Translations under genes and position numbers: made by a program
Shown: positions 1-8,904 of the stretch, one piece after another
How positions within the stretch are numbered: position 1 is the first letter of the stretch
Layout: every line of letters begins with the position of its first letter
IMG/VR virus record: IMGVR_UViG_3300045921_000730
Location: 62,001-126,000 of that record
Direction: 5' to 3' (one strand)
Length of the DNA stretch: 64,000 nucleotides
The notes under the pieces: model-generated
Told to the model about the DNA's origin: nothing
The model's database searches: none
What the model saw: the letters and a program-made list of their open reading frames with translations, nothing else

Positions 1-1
1 A

Positions 2-997
2 ACATCTTGGTTAAAAGAAATACCAGCACAATGTTTACAACAGAAGTGTCAAGATTTGTCACAAGCATTAAAACAGTCTTTTAAGACAAATAAAAGCAAA
101 AAGGGATTTCCAAAATTTAAGTCAAAAAAGACTGATGAATCTGGCATCAGATTCCCATCATTCAAATTTGAGGGTGACAGGATCAAGTTACCTAAAATGT
201 CACAAGGAATCAAAATTAAGTTACATCGTGATTTGCTTGGGAAGAAATCATCAGTTACTATATTTCGAGATAAAACCGGAGTCTTCTGGGCATCTATACT
301 TGTTTCTATTGATGATGTTGTCCCAACGAACACTATTTCTAATGTGGTAGGTATTGATGTCGGATTAAAAGAATTCGCGGTCACATCAGACGCTGAAATA
401 ATCAAAAACCCGAAATTTCTAAAAAGAACGGCAAAGAAACTAGCAAAAGCTCAAGCAAAACATAGTAGAAAAGAAAAAGGTTCGTCAAACAAAGAAAAAC
501 AAAGAATTAAAGTTGCAAAAATTTACAGAAAAATAAGCAATCAACGTAAAGATTTTATCAATCAAGTTGCTAGTTCGATAGGCAAGACAAACGACTTGAT
601 TGTAGTTGAAAATCTCAATGTAAAAGGTATGATGAAAAATCCTAACCTAGCTAAATCTATTTCAGATGTTAGTTGGGGAATGTTTTTATCCGCTTTAAAG
701 TGGCATTGTAAGAAACGGGGCAAACACTTCGTTGAGATTTCACAATGGTATCCTTCAAGCAAAATGTGTTCATGTTGTGGAAATAAAAAATCAGATTTGT
801 CCTTGAGCGACAGAACATACGAATGTAAAGAATGTGGTTTCACGATGGATAGAGATTTAAATGCTGCCATTAACATTCTGAAAGAAGGTATCAACCTTTT
901 CAATACCGTAGGAACTACGGAAATTAACGCCTGTGGAGATATGAGTTCTGAAGTAGGGAACTCAGCCCAGGAAGCTAGTTGTTCTTTAGACAACTAG
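2..997 (+). CDS. tnpB: TnpB RNA-guided endonuclease (IS200/IS605 superfamily, family 1), 5'-truncated by the window edge
   Basis: RuvC-I GIDVG, RuvC-II VVENL, Zn ribbon CSCC...CKEC, RuvC-III DRDLNAAINI; the frame stays open back to position 2. Confidence 0.95.
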   Translation, partial: TSWLKEIPAQCLQQKCQDLSQALKQSFKTNKSKKGFPKFKSKKTDESGIRFPSFKFEGDRIKLPKMSQGIKIKLHRDLLGKKSSVTIFRDKTGVFWASILVSIDDVVPTNTISNVVGIDVGLKEFAVTSDAEIIKNPKFLKRTAKKLAKAQAKHSRKEKGSSNKEKQRIKVAKIYRKISNQRKDFINQVASSIGKTNDLIVVENLNVKGMMKNPNLAKSISDVSWGMFLSALKWHCKKRGKHFVEISQWYPSSKMCSCCGNKKSDLSLSDRTYECKECGFTMDRDLNAAINILKEGINLFNTVGTTEINACGDMSSEVGNSAQEASCSLDN

Positions 998-1005
998 CAG
1001 TTCAC
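845..1005 (+). ncRNA. Putative omegaRNA scaffold and element right end overlapping the tnpB 3' end
   Basis: Ends with hairpin GAAGCTAGTTGTTCTTTAGACAACTAGCAGTTCAC; the same 161 bp recurs with 1 mismatch at 37597-37757. Confidence 0.75.
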
Positions 1006-1023
1006 AGATAAACTGTTAAAAAA

Positions 1024-1069
1024 ATGATCTGTCGCTTGTCTGAAAAACAAGTGGGATTCGGGTGCATCT
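1024..1069 (-). mobile_element. Remnant IS200/IS605-type right end on the minus strand
   Basis: Reverse complement GATGCACCCGAATCCCACTTGTTTTTCAGACAAG..GATCAT matches GATGCACCCGAATCCCGCTTGTTCTTTAGACAAG..GTTCAG ending at 35463. Confidence 0.6.
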
Positions 1070-1108
1070 TACTAAAGAAATAATCGACGCATTGGTGAGC
1101 AATAACGG

Positions 1109-1139
1109 TTGACTGAATACTTAAAATCGACTATAAATA
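1109..1139 (+). promoter_or_regulatory. Promoter for tmRNA: sigma70-like TTGACT-N17-TATAAA overlapping a T4-type late motif TATAAATA
   Basis: TTGACT at 1109-1114, TATAAATA at 1132-1139. Confidence 0.65.
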
Positions 1140-1144
1140 TATAT

Positions 1145-1412
1145 GTTAGTGAGTAATCACTGACAATGAGTGTATGAAGCAATCTGTAGACGGGCAAGAC
1201 ACGAGTTCGAATCTCGTCGCCTCCACAAATATTAACTCATGGGGGCGTTATGGAATCGATTGACGGGCGAAGGAAAGTGGACACTTCGAGAGACGACTGA
1301 CGTAATCAGCGTAAAACCTTAAATGCAAACGATGCATTTTATAATGAGGAATTCCGCCTAGCAGCGTAAACCTCAGGGGGAGCGTAGATTCCTTCTTACC
1401 CAACATCTACCG
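1145..1412 (+). ncRNA. ssrA: Circularly permuted (two-piece) tmRNA
   Basis: T-arm ACGAG-TTCGAAT-CTCGT (1201-1217) and acceptor 3' strand CGCCTCC-A (1218-1225) precede the 5' strand GGGGGCG (1241-1247), giving a G3:U70 pair; tag ORF 1325-1369 encodes ANDAFYNEEFRLAA*. Confidence 0.92.
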
Positions 1413-1446
1413 AAAGGACAGTCTTAAGACTGTCCTTTTTGTTTTT
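1413..1446 (+). terminator. Rho-independent terminator after tmRNA
   Basis: AAAGGACAGTC-TTAA-GACTGTCCTTT followed by a T-run. Confidence 0.85.
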
Positions 1447-1451
1447 ATCAT

Positions 1452-1654
1452 CTTCAGGGCTGAGAAAACCACGTGATCTTCAGTCGCGTGGATGAATCAG
1501 CCCATTGGTATCTAATTAATTTGTAGTCATAAATAGTAATGTCTGGTTGTGGGACGCAGTCGGACTCTAAACAAAAACCGAAGGAGGCGCCGGTGATGTT
1601 AGCTGGGTCGATGAGTTCGGAAACCGCGTTGTCTTTAGCTACGCGGTAGTTCAT
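1452..1654 (+). mobile_element. ORF-less IS200/IS605-type mini-element (left-end hairpin, omegaRNA-like segment, right end)
   Basis: Left end GGGCTGA-GAAAACC..GGATGAA-TCAGCCC; right end AAACCGCGTTGTCTTTAGCTACGCGGTAGTT(CAT), shared with the right end finishing at 11424; left boundary approximate. Confidence 0.7.
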
Positions 1655-1746
1655 TTTAAATTTTTCTCTCTTAATGAAACCCATTTCCGCATATTAAAAG
1701 CAGATATTATTTTCAGCTGTAAATACTCAAAAAAAGGAGTGTTAAA

Positions 1747-2457
1747 ATGAATAAAAATAATGTTTACGTTGAAAACGATGATGATGATGTAAAGAATCCT
1801 TTACCCTTAGTAGTAAAACAAAAATACGCTTACAAATCTTTTGAGCAAACGTTTACAGCACACCAAATTCATTTTTACATTACAGATGATATCGGTGAAC
1901 CGAGCGACTATGTTGAAATGATCCACCGCATTCTAACAGCGTCTCAAAACGATGTTATTTTTATTCATTTAAATACGGCTGGTGGAAGATTAGATACAGG
2001 AATTCAAATTATTAATGCAATGCAAAATTCACAAGCAAAAATTATTACTGTATTAGAATCAATGGCTCATTCTTTAGGAACTTTAATATTCTTGGCGGGA
2101 GATGAAATGGTTGTTCATGATCATTGCATGATGATGTTCCATAATTATCGTGGAGGAGTTATTGGTAAGGGTCATGAGCAAGCAGCAGAAATCAACGCTA
2201 CAACTAAATGGTATACTTCAATTGCAAAGAAAATTTATATACCTTTCATGACAGAAGAGGAAGTTGACAGAATTATGAAAGGCGAAGATATTTGGATGCA
2301 TTCACCCGAAATTCGTAGAAGACTTGACAAAATGATTAGGGATATGGAAACACCAAAGAGTGAAGGTATTGGTAAACAAACACCAACAAAAAAAGCAACT
2401 AGACGGCAAAAACAAAAACCAACAAAACAACCCGCAGTTGATAATTTGTCTGAATAA
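1747..2457 (+). CDS. clpP: ClpP-like serine protease
   Basis: HLNTAGG, AHSLG (catalytic Ser), MMMFH (catalytic His); basic/low-complexity C-tail; GGAG SD. Confidence 0.85.
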   Translation: MNKNNVYVENDDDDVKNPLPLVVKQKYAYKSFEQTFTAHQIHFYITDDIGEPSDYVEMIHRILTASQNDVIFIHLNTAGGRLDTGIQIINAMQNSQAKIITVLESMAHSLGTLIFLAGDEMVVHDHCMMMFHNYRGGVIGKGHEQAAEINATTKWYTSIAKKIYIPFMTEEEVDRIMKGEDIWMHSPEIRRRLDKMIRDMETPKSEGIGKQTPTKKATRRQKQKPTKQPAVDNLSE

Positions 2458-2467
2458 TAGTATATTA

Positions 2468-3824
2468 TTAGAAGCAAAACTGAAATTGTATATATAGATT
2501 ATAACCAATATAAAAATAATTTCTAAGAATGATCACCTACAAACTTCCAATTCAGCTAGCTGATGAAGAAAAGAAGATGATCCTTGAATTCCAAAGGATC
2601 CAATCTTCAATGATTCGCACTGCTTACAAACAAGCTGAATTTGGTTGTACCGAAATTTCTGTAAGACAGGAAATTCGAGATAGGTTCAAAAGTCAGCTTG
2701 ATTCCTGGTTCCAACAATCGGCGGTCAAATGTGGGATCGGAATGTTCAAGTCGGAACATGAAACAAATAAATCTGGTCGAATCTTTGGTGGCAAAGGCAA
2801 TCTGATTAGACGTGCAAAGGGACTTATTTCAAAAGAAGAATGGAAACAACGACGGCTTCTTCCGTTGTATCTAATTGGTGAAGCTCCTATCAAAGGCAAT
2901 CGCAAGTTCGAGTTCCACGAGGATCATGTCATTTTTAAGCCATTCAAAGGGACAAAGATCAAGATTGATCTTCCATCAATGAGGAAGAACTGGTCAAAGA
3001 TTTGGAAACAACTCTTGGTCATGGTTTCAGAAAAACAATTACCAATCACAGTCTCTCTAACTACTGATTCCATTTCCTTTTCTTTTGATGATGTTAAGGT
3101 AAAACAAGAGATCAGAAAGATTCCAAAGCCAATCAAGAATAGATATGCAGGCATTGATCTGAACCCAAATTATATTGGCATCTCGGTTTTTGATGGAACA
3201 AAGTTGATTGAAACCAAGATGTTCTCGTTGAAGTCATTGACTGGAAAACATGCCAGTTCATCAAAACTTGAACACGAAACAAGAGAAATCGGACATGCAA
3301 TAGGTAAGTGGCTTCAACATCTACGAGTTGATAAGCTATTTGTCGAAAAACTTGAATTCAAACAGGGTGACAAAGGTATTGGTAAAAACTTTAATCGCTT
3401 AACACAGAACCAATGGAAGAAAATAACTTTAAGGTCAATTCTAGCCAAATACTTCAAGTTATATGAAATCAATGCAGCATATTCCTCAACCATAGGAAAC
3501 ATTCTGCATCCCGAATTACCAGACCCGATAGCCGCAAGTACTGAGATTGCACAACGAGGCTACCGGCTTGTGATACTCAAGAACAAACAGTTCTATCCAA
3601 AACTACCAGCAATAAAGTATCTAGAGGACCTATGGAAGGAAACCAAGATACCTTTGGTCAATAACTGGAAAGAACTACATTCTTGGGTCAAAAACTCGAA
3701 ATTGAAATATCGAGTTCCGGTTCCAGACGAATCGGTTTTTAGAATTTTTCAGTCACCAGCTAGTTTGGTTGGTGTTCTATAGATTTGTATTGCTTATATG
3801 AATTTATAAGGAAAATTTATTTTA
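2468..3824 (+). mobile_element. TnpB-only element, family 2, copy 1
   Basis: Ends shared with 57797-59148 and 24880-25140: begins (TT)AGAAGCAAAACTGAA after ATATTA, ends GGAAAATTTATTTTA. Confidence 0.85.
2529..3782 (+). CDS. tnpB: TnpB-like nuclease lacking the Cys zinc ribbon (family 2)
   Basis: AGIDLNP (RuvC-I), FVEKL (RuvC-II), NAAYSSTIG...PDPIAASTEIAQRG (RuvC-III region). Confidence 0.8.
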   Translation: MITYKLPIQLADEEKKMILEFQRIQSSMIRTAYKQAEFGCTEISVRQEIRDRFKSQLDSWFQQSAVKCGIGMFKSEHETNKSGRIFGGKGNLIRRAKGLISKEEWKQRRLLPLYLIGEAPIKGNRKFEFHEDHVIFKPFKGTKIKIDLPSMRKNWSKIWKQLLVMVSEKQLPITVSLTTDSISFSFDDVKVKQEIRKIPKPIKNRYAGIDLNPNYIGISVFDGTKLIETKMFSLKSLTGKHASSSKLEHETREIGHAIGKWLQHLRVDKLFVEKLEFKQGDKGIGKNFNRLTQNQWKKITLRSILAKYFKLYEINAAYSSTIGNILHPELPDPIAASTEIAQRGYRLVILKNKQFYPKLPAIKYLEDLWKETKIPLVNNWKELHSWVKNSKLKYRVPVPDESVFRIFQSPASLVGVL

Positions 3825-3843
3825 CACAAACAATCAAATAGTT

Positions 3844-4848
3844 ATGGAATATACATCTCTCGAAAACATTATTAAGCAGCACGTTTACCTTCCTTCACAA
3901 AGAAAAAATGGGTGGCATCCCGTTCTTTGTAAGATATGCAACGACCATGGCAAAAAAGGTAAACGTGCTGCATTTAAATTTGAAAACAATACAATAGGTT
4001 ATAACTGTTTTAATTGCGGACACACTGCTTTATATGATCCTTCTGTTCATCAAATAATACCAAAAAACATGGTGCAAGTATTGACTGCTTTCGGTATAGA
4101 AGAACATGAATGGAAACAATGTTTGTTGGAAAACTTAAAAAAACATCCAGAGTTTTCTAAGCAAAAACAAAAAGAAATAGATTATAACCCAACAGAAATA
4201 CAACTACCAGAGTTCTTTGTAGAACTAAAAAACGATACAAATGAGTGGTCGCAATATGCAATTGAATATTTAAAAAATCAAAGAGGAATTAATTATAAAG
4301 ATTATCCTTTTTACATTTGCAATAACATAACGAATAACCCTTTATCGAAAAAATGGTACGGAAGATTAATTATTCCAATTTATAAAGATAATAAAATAAT
4401 TTTTTATCAGGGAAGAGATTTATCAAATAAGCGAAAAACAAAATATCTTTCACCAAATGTAGAACGAAGTAAAGTACTATATGGTTTTGACCATTTATTG
4501 ACAAATGAACATTTACCACTATATATTTGCGAAGGGTTCTTTGATGCATTCTTATTGAATGGCGTTGCTGTATTTGGTAGAAAAATTTCCAAAGAACAAA
4601 TTTTTTGGATTAATAAATCACCAAGAAAAAAAGTTGTCGTACCTGATCGTTTTGGTGATAATAGCGATCAATTTGCTGAACAAGCACTAAAACTTGGTTG
4701 GGGCGTAAGTACTCCTGATATTGGGGACGCAAAAGATGTAAGCGAAGCGTTTATGAAATATGGGAAAATATATACACTGCAATCAATAAAAGAAAACACA
4801 CACGAAGGTCTTTTAGCACAAATTAAAACAAAATTTTATTGTGAATAA
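3844..4848 (+). CDS. DNA primase (T4 gp61-like)
   Basis: N-terminal CKIC..CFNC Zn finger; YQGR; TOPRIM ICEGFFDA; PD and KDVSE motifs. Confidence 0.88.
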   Translation: MEYTSLENIIKQHVYLPSQRKNGWHPVLCKICNDHGKKGKRAAFKFENNTIGYNCFNCGHTALYDPSVHQIIPKNMVQVLTAFGIEEHEWKQCLLENLKKHPEFSKQKQKEIDYNPTEIQLPEFFVELKNDTNEWSQYAIEYLKNQRGINYKDYPFYICNNITNNPLSKKWYGRLIIPIYKDNKIIFYQGRDLSNKRKTKYLSPNVERSKVLYGFDHLLTNEHLPLYICEGFFDAFLLNGVAVFGRKISKEQIFWINKSPRKKVVVPDRFGDNSDQFAEQALKLGWGVSTPDIGDAKDVSEAFMKYGKIYTLQSIKENTHEGLLAQIKTKFYCE

Positions 4849-4856
4849 AAAATATA

Positions 4857-5069
4857 ATGACAGAAGAAAATGAACAAATTCGTGCCGATAAATGGTGCAA
4901 TATGTCTCTTAATGAGTTGAACAAACAACGCGATATTTTGCTTCAAAAGATATCGATGTTATCGACGCTTGGAATTAATTCTTCACCAACGATCAACGCT
5001 CTATATAAAGCGCACCAACAAGCATACGATCATTTAAACGAAATTATTGATAATCGATTCAAAACATGA
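4857..5069 (+). CDS. Hypothetical protein
   Basis: 70-aa ORF with an ATGA overlap to the next gene. Confidence 0.6.
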   Translation: MTEENEQIRADKWCNMSLNELNKQRDILLQKISMLSTLGINSSPTINALYKAHQQAYDHLNEIIDNRFKT

Positions 5070-6880
5070 AAAACAAATCTTATACCGGAAAAGATATTGT
5101 CGAACTTACGGACAGAGAGCACGTTCGTTTAAGAACACAAGTTTATCTTGGAAATATGCATCCAACTTTATTTAATATTCCAAAGTTGGATAGTGATAAA
5201 CTTGAAATAGAAAGTGTTGAATTTGTACCAGCCGTTTATAAAGCAGTTGGAGAAATTATTGATAATTCAATCGACGAATTTGCTCAAATAAAAAATTCTA
5301 CTAAAACATTAACAATTGATTGTGAACCAGAAAACGGGAAATATACGATCAATGATACTGGTCGCGGCATTCCAATTGACCGACGACCCGATGGAACATA
5401 CACGCCAGAAATTGCTTTAAGTCGGTTGCGTGCAGGAAGAAACTTTAAGAACGAAAAAGAAGTTGGTGTAATTGGTATGAATGGTGTTGGTGCTGCTTGC
5501 ACTAACTATTGTTCTACAAAGTTTAAGGTAATTGTAAAGAGAGATAATCAAACATATACACAAACGTTTGAGGATGGTGCTCTCAAAATTTCTGAGCCTT
5601 CTTTAAGACAAACAAAGTCTGATAAAACAGGGACAGAAATTAGTTTCGAACTTGACAAAAGAGTTTTTAAAGATGTTTATATACCTTTTTCGGTAATGAA
5701 AAACAGAGCAATTGAAATTGCTTTAACAAATCCGGACGTTTCTGTAATTTTTAATGGTGAAAAAATAAAATATAAAAACGGATTCAAAGAATATCTTGAT
5801 AAAATTGCACCAGAAAAATATTTTCCTTTTTCTATTAAAACAGAAAACGTGCAAGGAACATTTTATGTAATTACTGACTGCATTGAAAACATTGATGAAC
5901 AAATGTTTACGTGGGTGAATAGTTCTTATCTGTTTGATGGTGGCAAGTGTAACACTCAATTTGTAAACGCGTTCTTCGAAAAGACAATTTCACATCTACA
6001 AAACGCTGCAAAAAAGAACAAGAGTGATATTACAAGGAATGATGTAAGAGAAAATCTTGTTGTATTTGCTAACTTAAAAATTAAAAATCCCGAATATGAT
6101 TCACAATCCAAAACAAGGTTAACAGGACCTGATTTACGAAAAGAAATCAATGAAGCAATTGATTCTCAGTGGAAAAATTTTGTTCGTAAAAATAATCCTT
6201 GGCTTGATGTTGTGCTTGAGCGAGCAATTCAACGACATCACACACAAGCAAACAAAAAAGCAATTGAAGAACATCAAAAACAATTAAAAAAGCGTGTTCC
6301 TGGATTACTTGATGCAACAAGTCAAATTCGTTCCGAGTGCCAGTTGTTGATCACTGAAGGAATGTGCTTGGATGAACGCACACCCATTAAAATTCTTAGC
6401 TCAGAAGGATTGGTTGATATACCTTTAAAAAATGTAAATATTGGTGATACTGTTATAACACACAAAAACAACTTAAAACCAATAACTAATATAACAAGGA
6501 CTCTAAAACGAGGAACTCGTATTACTACATCTATTGGGCAGGTCGTGTGTAGTGATCAACATCGATGGTTAGTGTACGATACTATTACACATAAATTTGA
6601 TTGGGCGCCCACAAATGCATTAAATGCCAATGTACATAAATTAGTAAGAAGCCGGTTAGGTGATTGGGTATATTGTGCAGAATTTGTAATAGAAAATAAC
6701 AAGGACGCAGATAATATTGTATATCCACGTGTAATAATAACCGCTTTTGAAAAAATTAAAACATCATTGACCCATACGTTTATTGTGTTGGATACTGACA
6801 CATACGCAGTCGTGGAAATTCCATTCTCTGAATTGGATCCTTCACACCACCTAATGCTGTTGTTTAAATCAAAAAAATAA
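5066..6880 (+). CDS. Type II topoisomerase large subunit N-part (GyrB/gp39-like ATPase) fused to the N-half of a split intein
   Basis: EIIDNSIDE, DTGRGIP, GMNGVG; TOPRIM start LITEGM followed by intein block A CLDERT. Confidence 0.92.
   Translation: MKNKSYTGKDIVELTDREHVRLRTQVYLGNMHPTLFNIPKLDSDKLEIESVEFVPAVYKAVGEIIDNSIDEFAQIKNSTKTLTIDCEPENGKYTINDTGRGIPIDRRPDGTYTPEIALSRLRAGRNFKNEKEVGVIGMNGVGAACTNYCSTKFKVIVKRDNQTYTQTFEDGALKISEPSLRQTKSDKTGTEISFELDKRVFKDVYIPFSVMKNRAIEIALTNPDVSVIFNGEKIKYKNGFKEYLDKIAPEKYFPFSIKTENVQGTFYVITDCIENIDEQMFTWVNSSYLFDGGKCNTQFVNAFFEKTISHLQNAAKKNKSDITRNDVRENLVVFANLKIKNPEYDSQSKTRLTGPDLRKEINEAIDSQWKNFVRKNNPWLDVVLERAIQRHHTQANKKAIEEHQKQLKKRVPGLLDATSQIRSECQLLITEGMCLDERTPIKILSSEGLVDIPLKNVNIGDTVITHKNNLKPITNITRTLKRGTRITTSIGQVVCSDQHRWLVYDTITHKFDWAPTNALNANVHKLVRSRLGDWVYCAEFVIENNKDADNIVYPRVIITAFEKIKTSLTHTFIVLDTDTYAVVEIPFSELDPSHHLMLLFKSKK
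6365..6880 (+). other. Split intein N-fragment (IntN, 171 aa)
   Basis: Cys1 at residue 434 (CLDERTPI..IGDTVITH), block B CSDQHRW; ends in a stop with no C-terminal intein motifs. Confidence 0.85.
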
Positions 6881-6887
6881 CAATTTT

Positions 6888-6929
6888 TCTCCCTCTGTTA
6901 TAAATATGTTTCAAGATAATAGAGGGAGA
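6888..6929 (+). promoter_or_regulatory. RBS-sequestering hairpin containing a late promoter, upstream of the endonuclease gene
   Basis: TCTCCCTCTGTTAT pairs with ATAATAGAGGGAGA (covers the SD); TATAAATA at 6899-6906. Confidence 0.75.
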
Positions 6930-6933
6930 CGAA

Positions 6934-8160
6934 ATGAAATACATCTGTGCACATACAAATAAACTAATTTTTATATCAAACATTACCAGCGAGTTTAAAG
7001 TTCAGCGAGCACTTAGGTCACATCTTACCAGAAACGGTATAAACACCGATATGCTTCTAATGGAAATGAGGCATAAATTGAATAAATGCAATTTTTGTGG
7101 GTCGCCAGTACCATATAGACTTAAATATAAAATAACTGGAAATATTATTAGTGTTGATGGATTTATTCCTGGAAAAAATTGTAATATATTAGCTCCATAT
7201 TACTGCGGTGGTAAAGAATGTCCTGGAAAACGTCTCAATCGTAACAGCCTATCTTTCGTGCAATTAGCATATGGTGTTGATGGTGATACTGCTCTTAAAT
7301 TAATTCATAGTCGTAACTCAACACCATTTTATCCAGAAAATCATGAATCGCTTAGTGATTATAAAAATTATCAACGACATCAAAGTCAAAAACAAACAAA
7401 AGAATCTATAGCAATGGGTGCATATCATAGATCTCTTGAATATTTGTGCAAAGTTCTTGGAGAAGAACTTGGTACTTTAGCTTATAAAACAATAAATGAA
7501 CGTAAAAAACATACAAAAGCAACATACATAGAAAGATATGGACCAGTAAAAGGTAGCATGTTGTGGATTGCCCAGAAAAATTTAAGATCTGTTACAACTA
7601 TAACATGCTTTAAAGATCTATATACTATAACTTTAAATGCTTTGACATCAGTATCAACAGACGAACTCAGAACAACAAGACCCGATTTGTTGATCAAGAA
7701 AAAATATGGATATCCCATAGTTAAACGGTATATCGATTTTAATACAACATTAGATGAAGTGTTGCATGTGGTATTCACTGACCACCCACACCTTAACATA
7801 TTTGACAAAGATTCATATACTCGTACCGTGTTTGGCCATTGGTCATATACGCCCGCAGGTACATTACTACGTAGCAAAGCGGAACGAGCTGTATATAACC
7901 TGTTAGTGGAGAACGGTTTACAAGAAGGCGTTGATTTTTTAATAGATAAACCATATAGTAAACAATCTAAACATAGATATGATTTTTATTTGATTAAGAT
8001 TGATACTTATATAGAAGTAGCTGGAATAATGAGTAATCCTGTATATGTACAAAACTTAATAACCAAAACTATTAATTATCCTGTTGTTATTGTTACGCCA
8101 AATAATTACATTACCAAAATAAAGGAACTCATAAATGCAATTAAATCAACACCTGTTTGA
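6934..8160 (+). CDS. Free-standing putative homing endonuclease (C-terminal Vsr/PD-(D/E)xK-like domain)
   Basis: RSKAE..YDFYL..YIEVAG motif; N-terminal Cys clusters; lies between split-intein halves. Confidence 0.7.
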   Translation: MKYICAHTNKLIFISNITSEFKVQRALRSHLTRNGINTDMLLMEMRHKLNKCNFCGSPVPYRLKYKITGNIISVDGFIPGKNCNILAPYYCGGKECPGKRLNRNSLSFVQLAYGVDGDTALKLIHSRNSTPFYPENHESLSDYKNYQRHQSQKQTKESIAMGAYHRSLEYLCKVLGEELGTLAYKTINERKKHTKATYIERYGPVKGSMLWIAQKNLRSVTTITCFKDLYTITLNALTSVSTDELRTTRPDLLIKKKYGYPIVKRYIDFNTTLDEVLHVVFTDHPHLNIFDKDSYTRTVFGHWSYTPAGTLLRSKAERAVYNLLVENGLQEGVDFLIDKPYSKQSKHRYDFYLIKIDTYIEVAGIMSNPVYVQNLITKTINYPVVIVTPNNYITKIKELINAIKSTPV

Positions 8161-8863
8161 ACTTATAGATATCGTAGATATTTCGCCTGCTGGTTATTGC
8201 AATATGGTAGACATATCTGTAGCCGATGATGAAAGTTTCATTCTTGCTAATGGTATAGTATCTCACAATTCAGCAAAAAGTCAAATTTGTGAGGCAAGAA
8301 ATCCACAAACAACAGCAGCATTTGCGTTACGCGGTAAAGTAAACAACGTGTATGGTATGACTCCAGCACAATTATTGAAAATGGAAAAATTAACAGATTT
8401 ACTTGCAGCAATTGGTTTAACACCAGGCAAAAAAGTTGCACGAAGCATGCTCCGTTATGGAAAAATTGTAATTGCAACAGATGCCGATTATGATGGGAGT
8501 GATATTTTTACACTTTTAATTAATGTATTTTATCAATATTGGCCTGAGTTGTTTGATAAAAACTATGATCCAATCATTTATCGACTAATAGCACCGAATG
8601 TAGTTGCATCCAAAAACGGAAAACGAGTACATTTTACAACAAGACAACAATATGAACTTGTAAAAGAAAAGTACAAAGGTTGGACAATTGAATACATGAA
8701 AGGTCTTGGTAGTATGCATAAAACAGATTGGGAAATGATCTTAAATGGTGAAACCGATACTCAAATCCCAATTATAGATGATGGAAAAATGAAAGACACA
8801 CTAACGCTGTTGTTTAGCGAAAATGCTGATAAACGAAAAGAATGGCTACAAAGTGACGAATAA
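8135..8863 (+). CDS. Split intein C-fragment (45 aa) fused to the topoisomerase II TOPRIM C-part
   Basis: MVDISVADDESFILANGIVSHN|SAKS, then LRGKVNN, ATDADYDG, YMKGLGS. Confidence 0.92.
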   Translation: MQLNQHLFELIDIVDISPAGYCNMVDISVADDESFILANGIVSHNSAKSQICEARNPQTTAAFALRGKVNNVYGMTPAQLLKMEKLTDLLAAIGLTPGKKVARSMLRYGKIVIATDADYDGSDIFTLLINVFYQYWPELFDKNYDPIIYRLIAPNVVASKNGKRVHFTTRQQYELVKEKYKGWTIEYMKGLGSMHKTDWEMILNGETDTQIPIIDDGKMKDTLTLLFSENADKRKEWLQSDE

Positions 8864-8904
8864 ACAACAACTAATTAAACAATAGAATTTAAAGAAATTA
8901 AACA

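Noticed and set aside
1198-1228. tRNA gene
   Set aside because: Only the T-arm and acceptor 3' strand are present and the 5' strand lies downstream; explained by the permuted tmRNA
1454-1684. 76-aa minus-strand ORF
   Set aside because: Reads through the reverse complement of a mini-element; probably spurious
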